This document shows, one piece after another, positions 60,051-64,000 of a stretch of DNA of 64,000 nt; position 1 is the first letter of the stretch; every line of letters starts with the position of its first letter. The notes beneath the pieces were generated by a model. The model was not told where the DNA came from. It saw nothing but the letters and a program-made list of their open reading frames with translations, and made no database searches. The position numbers and the translations under genes are program-made. This DNA is from an uncultured Desulfarculus sp. GTDB taxonomy: Bacteria; Desulfobacterota; Desulfarculia; Desulfarculales; Desulfarculaceae. Location: NCBI GenBank assembly GCA_963665125.2, contig CAXXUK010000001.1, positions 1 through 64,000 on the forward strand. Direction: 5' to 3'.

Positions 60051-60829
60051 TGCTGCCCGATGAAAACGACAGCCGGTTTCAGGAACTGACCGGCGGCGGG
60101 TTCCACTTTGACTGCAACCCGGACGTGCCCTGTTTCGGCCAGTGCTGCCGCAGACTCAACCTGGTGCTGACGCCCTATGACGTGCTGCGGCTCAAGCAGC
60201 GCCTGGGCCTGAGCGCCGACGAGTTCATCGACCGCCACACCATCGTGGAAAACGGCCAGAACGGCTGGCCCATGCCCCGCCTGGCCATGTCCGACACCCC
60301 GGAAAAGACCTGCCCGTTCTTGCAGGACGGCGGCGGCTGCGGCGTGTATGAAGACCGGCCCGGCGCCTGCCGGACCTATCCCCTGGGCCGGGCCACCAAG
60401 GGCGGCCAGGGCGGCGGACCCACCGAGGAATCGTGGTTCCTGGTGCGCGAGGACCACTGCCGGGGCTTTGACAAGGGCAGCGACTGGACCCCCGAGACAT
60501 GGACCAAGGACCAGGGCCTGGAGGCCTACAACAGCGTCAACGACCTGTTCCTGCCCATCATCAGCCGCCAGACCAGCTCGCCCTCGCCGGAGATAGCGGC
60601 CAAGAAGATGCAGATGTTCTTTATGGCCTGCTACAACCTGGACCAGTTCCGCAAGTTCGTGACCCAGAGCTCCTTGACCAATATGGTGAAACTGCCCCAG
60701 GCCCGGCTGGAGGCCATGGAAGAAAACGACCTGCAACTGTTGAAATTCGCCTTTGAGTGGCTGCGCTTTTCCATGTTCGGCGACAAGACCCTGACCTTAA
60801 AACCCGAGTTCGCCAACCGCCGTCCTTAG
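60050..60829 (+). CDS. YkgJ family cysteine-cluster protein
   Basis: CFGQCC, LTPYD, CPFL, CGVYEDRPGACRTYPL. Confidence 0.88.
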   Translation: MLPDENDSRFQELTGGGFHFDCNPDVPCFGQCCRRLNLVLTPYDVLRLKQRLGLSADEFIDRHTIVENGQNGWPMPRLAMSDTPEKTCPFLQDGGGCGVYEDRPGACRTYPLGRATKGGQGGGPTEESWFLVREDHCRGFDKGSDWTPETWTKDQGLEAYNSVNDLFLPIISRQTSSPSPEIAAKKMQMFFMACYNLDQFRKFVTQSSLTNMVKLPQARLEAMEENDLQLLKFAFEWLRFSMFGDKTLTLKPEFANRRP

Positions 60830-60850
60830 GCCTAACGGAATATGAAATAC

Positions 60851-60884
60851 GAGCCCGCCGGAATCACCCGGCGGGTTTCTTTTT
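60851..60884 (+). terminator. Intrinsic terminator
   Basis: CCCGCCGG/CCGGCGGG stem then TTTCTTTTT. Confidence 0.8.
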
Positions 60885-60920
60885 GGGCTGTCTGAGTTTT
60901 TGTGAATAGGTGCACGCCTG

Positions 60921-60949
60921 TTGACCTGATAACCACCTGCCGCTATATT
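60921..60949 (+). promoter_or_regulatory. Sigma70-like promoter of ncRNA candidate 2
   Basis: TTGACC-N17-TATATT. Confidence 0.65.
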
Positions 60950-60955
60950 CCTTTT

Positions 60956-61136
60956 GCCGGCCGGAGACGCCAGGGAATCAGCCGGTGGCGGGGTCCCGGT
61001 CATCTCTGAATGACCCGGAACCGATAATGCGGAAGGTCGCTGTCCCGCCCGGCCGGTGGGGCCCGCTGACGGCCTGTGCGGTCCCGACTGCAGCGGGTGC
61101 TCCGGCAGGATGTTTTACCAGCGGGCCCCTTTTTTA
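60956..61136 (+). ncRNA. Structured ncRNA candidate, copy 2, with 3' hairpin and T run
   Basis: Closing stem GCCGGCCGG/CCGGCCGGT, shared core, then GGGGCCCGCTG...CAGCGGGCCCC-T7. Confidence 0.6.
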
Positions 61137-61202
61137 TCCCACCGTTTTAATCACCACATATAAATAGTGAAAAATCGTCTTGACTTTCCGAACCGCGTTT
61201 AA

Positions 61203-61225
61203 TTACGGTAACGGTGTTACGGTAA
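61203..61225. promoter_or_regulatory. Candidate TetR operator
   Basis: Near-palindrome TTACGGTAACGGTGTTACGGTAA over the -10 region downstream of TTGACT at 61180. Confidence 0.55.
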
Positions 61226-61260
61226 CTTTGTTGGCCTGTAAAGCCATGGGAGTTTATTAC

Positions 61261-61908
61261 ATGCCCAGACCGGCCCGCGATCTCAGCGAAGTGGAGACCG
61301 TCAAGAACCAGATCATCGACGAGGCGTCCTACATCATCGCCGAATACGGCTACGACTTCTTCAGCATGCGCAAGCTGGCCGCCCGCCTGGGCATCGCCGC
61401 CAAGACCATCTACAACTACTTCGCCAACAAGGACGAGCTGTACTTCATGGTCCTGACCAGGGGCTTCGAGCAACTGGTGGACGAAACGTCCGAGGCCATT
61501 GAAAAGGCCCGGGACACCGCGCAAAGGGTCCGGGCCCTGTGCCGGGCCTACCTGCGCTTCGGCCTGGAAAACCCCCACTACTATGACCTGATGTTCAACC
61601 TCAACGTGCCCAAGTACATGGATTACCTGGACACGCCCCTGGAAGAAATAGCCCGGCGGGAAAACGACACGGCTATGCGTTTGACCGCCCTGGCCGAGGC
61701 CAACCTGCGGGCCCTGGCCGACGAAAACGGCTGCTTTGATCCGGACGAGACCATATCGCATCTGTTCCACATCTGGAGCGTGCTGCACGGCATGGTCTCG
61801 CTGACCAACAGCCGGGTGACCTACGAGGTGCTCACCGTGGACGAACGGGTCATCGAGCAAACCCTGGGAATTGCCCTGGAGAGGTATATCAACCCTGCCG
61901 CACGCTGA
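61261..61908 (+). CDS. TetR/AcrR family regulator
   Basis: FSMRKLAARLGIAAKTIYNYFANKDEL; WSVLHG. Confidence 0.93.
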   Translation: MPRPARDLSEVETVKNQIIDEASYIIAEYGYDFFSMRKLAARLGIAAKTIYNYFANKDELYFMVLTRGFEQLVDETSEAIEKARDTAQRVRALCRAYLRFGLENPHYYDLMFNLNVPKYMDYLDTPLEEIARRENDTAMRLTALAEANLRALADENGCFDPDETISHLFHIWSVLHGMVSLTNSRVTYEVLTVDERVIEQTLGIALERYINPAAR

Positions 61909-62024
61909 GGCGGCCCGGCGGGGAAACGTAATACAAGCCGAATACGGTGGCCGAATAATCAGCTATTGCCGGCGCATCATCCACCCTTGGGCGGACCTTT
62001 TTCCCACTGACGGAGGATTGTGTA

Positions 62025-63695
62025 ATGGCAATGATCGACGGCGGCCATCTGGTGGCCAAATACCTCAAGGAAACCGAAGGCATCAATACTGTCTTTTCGC
62101 TGTCCGGCGGCCATATCGACCGCATCTACGACGGGTTTCTGGAGTACGGCGTGCGGCTCATCGATGTGCGCCATGAACAGGCCGCGGCCATGATGGCCCA
62201 CGCCTGGAGTATGTACGCCGACCAGCCCGGCGTGTGCCTGGTCACGGCCGGGCCGGGCTTCACCAACGCCCTGACGGGCATCGTCAACGCGGCCATGGAG
62301 AACGCGCCCCTGGTGGTGATCAGCGGCACGGCCCCGGTGCGCGACTGGCAAAAGGGCGCTTTGCAGGAGATAGGCCAGGCCGACATGGTCAAGCAATCGG
62401 TGAAGTGGCACGCCATCTGTCACGACCCCACGCGTATCTGCGAATACCTGCATTCTGCCTTCCGCCACGCCGTCAACGGCAGGCCCGGCCCGGTGTTCCT
62501 GGAACTGCCGCCGGACGTCTTGAACGTCAAGGTGGACGAAGACCTGGCCGTCAAGCCGGGCAAGGGCGCGGCCGTCTACCGCAGCGCCTCCGACCCCGAG
62601 GCCGTGAAAAAGGCCGCCGAGATCATCAACAACGCCAAGAGCCCGTTGATCCTGGGCGGCAGCGGCCTGGCCCTGAGCGACTGCGGCCCGGAACTTCAGC
62701 AGTTCATCAAGACCACCGGCATCCCCCACATGCTCCTGGCCAGCGGCCGGGGCTACGCGCCCGAGGACGACGGCCTGTCCCTGTGGCCCGGCGGTCTGAT
62801 CGGCGTCTTGGCCGCCTCGGCCATGGCCGACGTGGTCATCGCTCTGGGAGTGCGCTTCAACTGGCTGTTGATGTTCGGCCAGGGCTTCCCCCAGGCCAAG
62901 CTGATCCGGGTGGATATCGACGCCGCCGAGATGGACCGCAACCGCCAGGTGGACGTGGGCATGTCCGGCGACCTGAAGCTGACTTTGGGCCAACTCAACA
63001 AGCTCGTTGAAAACCGCGACCACACCGCCTGGCGCGAGACCATCACCGCGGCATACACCGAGGCCATCGCCGGCGAGATCGCCGCCCGGGACCAGGCCTC
63101 GGACCCCATCCACCCCCAACGCATGGTTGAACTGGTGCGCCAGGCCGCCGGAGACGACAGCATCTATATCATCGACGGCGGCGACACCTGCTATTTCGGC
63201 ATGGTCGGCCTGACGGCCAGCAGCCCCAGCGGCGTGTACGGCGCGGCGGGCGGCCAGTTCGGCTGCCTGGGCACGGGTATACCCATGGGCATCGCTGCCA
63301 AGGCGGCCCAGCCGGACAAGAACGTGGTGGTGATCAGCGGCGACGGCTCCACGGGCCTGAACTTGATGGAGATCGACACGGCGGTGCGCCATGAACTGCC
63401 CATAACCTGCGTGGTCAACAACGATCAGGCCTGGGGCATGATCAAACACGGCCAGGAGGTGTGCTACGGCGACCAGCGCATAATCGGTTCGACCCTGGGC
63501 GTGGTGCGCTACGATCTGGTGGCCCAGGCCCTGGGCGGCCACGGCGAGTTCGTGGAAAAGGACGCCGAGGTGATTCCGGCCGTGCAGCGGGCCATGGCCT
63601 CGGGCAAGCCCGCCGTGGTCAACGTTATGACCGACCCCTGCGTGACCAGCCTGGCCACCTATAACTTTGTCGAAGGACTCAAGATGGAGGAATAG
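62025..63695 (+). CDS. TPP-dependent enzyme (acetolactate synthase / 2-hydroxyacyl-CoA lyase-like)
   Basis: VRHEQAA, TAGPGFTN, GDGS...NN TPP motif. Confidence 0.9.
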   Translation: MAMIDGGHLVAKYLKETEGINTVFSLSGGHIDRIYDGFLEYGVRLIDVRHEQAAAMMAHAWSMYADQPGVCLVTAGPGFTNALTGIVNAAMENAPLVVISGTAPVRDWQKGALQEIGQADMVKQSVKWHAICHDPTRICEYLHSAFRHAVNGRPGPVFLELPPDVLNVKVDEDLAVKPGKGAAVYRSASDPEAVKKAAEIINNAKSPLILGGSGLALSDCGPELQQFIKTTGIPHMLLASGRGYAPEDDGLSLWPGGLIGVLAASAMADVVIALGVRFNWLLMFGQGFPQAKLIRVDIDAAEMDRNRQVDVGMSGDLKLTLGQLNKLVENRDHTAWRETITAAYTEAIAGEIAARDQASDPIHPQRMVELVRQAAGDDSIYIIDGGDTCYFGMVGLTASSPSGVYGAAGGQFGCLGTGIPMGIAAKAAQPDKNVVVISGDGSTGLNLMEIDTAVRHELPITCVVNNDQAWGMIKHGQEVCYGDQRIIGSTLGVVRYDLVAQALGGHGEFVEKDAEVIPAVQRAMASGKPAVVNVMTDPCVTSLATYNFVEGLKMEE

Positions 63696-63697
63696 CC

Positions 63698-64000
63698 GTG
63701 AAGGGCCTGACCTTTTCGGTCAGCGTGCCCCAGTGGCTTGCCCTCAAGGCCCTGGGCCCGCTGAGCAGCAAACTGTTCTATAGCGGCCCGCTGGCCACGG
63801 TGAAGCTAGCTGAACTGCCCGAACCCGGCCCGCCCCGCGCGGGCTGGGTCAAGATCAACACCATCATGTGCGGCTTCTGCGCCAGCGACCTTAACCTGCT
63901 GATGTTGCATGATTCGCCGACGGCCAGCCCGTTCACCTCGTTTCCCTGTGTCATGGGACACGAGGTCTGCGGCGAGATCGCCGAAGTCGGCCCCGGCGTG
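63698..64000 (+). CDS. Zinc-binding alcohol dehydrogenase family protein (partial)
   Basis: GGAGG RBS, GTG start, CGFCASD, MGHE. Confidence 0.85.
   Translation, partial: MKGLTFSVSVPQWLALKALGPLSSKLFYSGPLATVKLAELPEPGPPRAGWVKINTIMCGFCASDLNLLMLHDSPTASPFTSFPCVMGHEVCGEIAEVGPGV

Overview
The window is a mosaic of at least two, probably three, unrelated blocks. (1) 1-31020 looks planctomycete-like: an HzsA-related protein, GH32, GH78, a sulfatase, a beta-helix protein, gltBD, ANTAR/Rrf2/GntR regulators and GTAG-type REPs. Several genes carry single-base frameshifts. It ends mid-gene, where a Na+/solute symporter abuts the middle of an N-ATPase atpF. (2) 31021-40828 holds N-ATPase atpF'-atpA-atpG, rpiB and ftsZ relics, a Pat-type acetyltransferase and a DUF2254 gene cut by an IS3. 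The IS3 left end is itself interrupted by an IS1111-type (IS110 family) element whose 3' non-coding region contains guide-like matches to its own insertion site. (3) 40829-64000 looks Desulfobacterota-like. A tRNA-Glu-anchored integrative element carries the 3' half of type I-C cas7 directly followed by a 6-repeat/5-spacer array (no cas4/1/2), a second tyrosine recombinase, an HTH/Nudix-like gene divergent from a DUF4258-like gene, and a membrane/vWA/VirD4 operon. Core genes follow (PAS kinase, korDABC, three paralogous lipoproteins, two YkgJ, TetR, a TPP enzyme). Best leads: the CRISPR-bearing integrative element, two paralogous promoter-driven structured ncRNA candidates (57113-57203 and 60956-61136), and the IS1111 guide RNA. 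Taxonomy and family calls come from motif recognition, not database searches.
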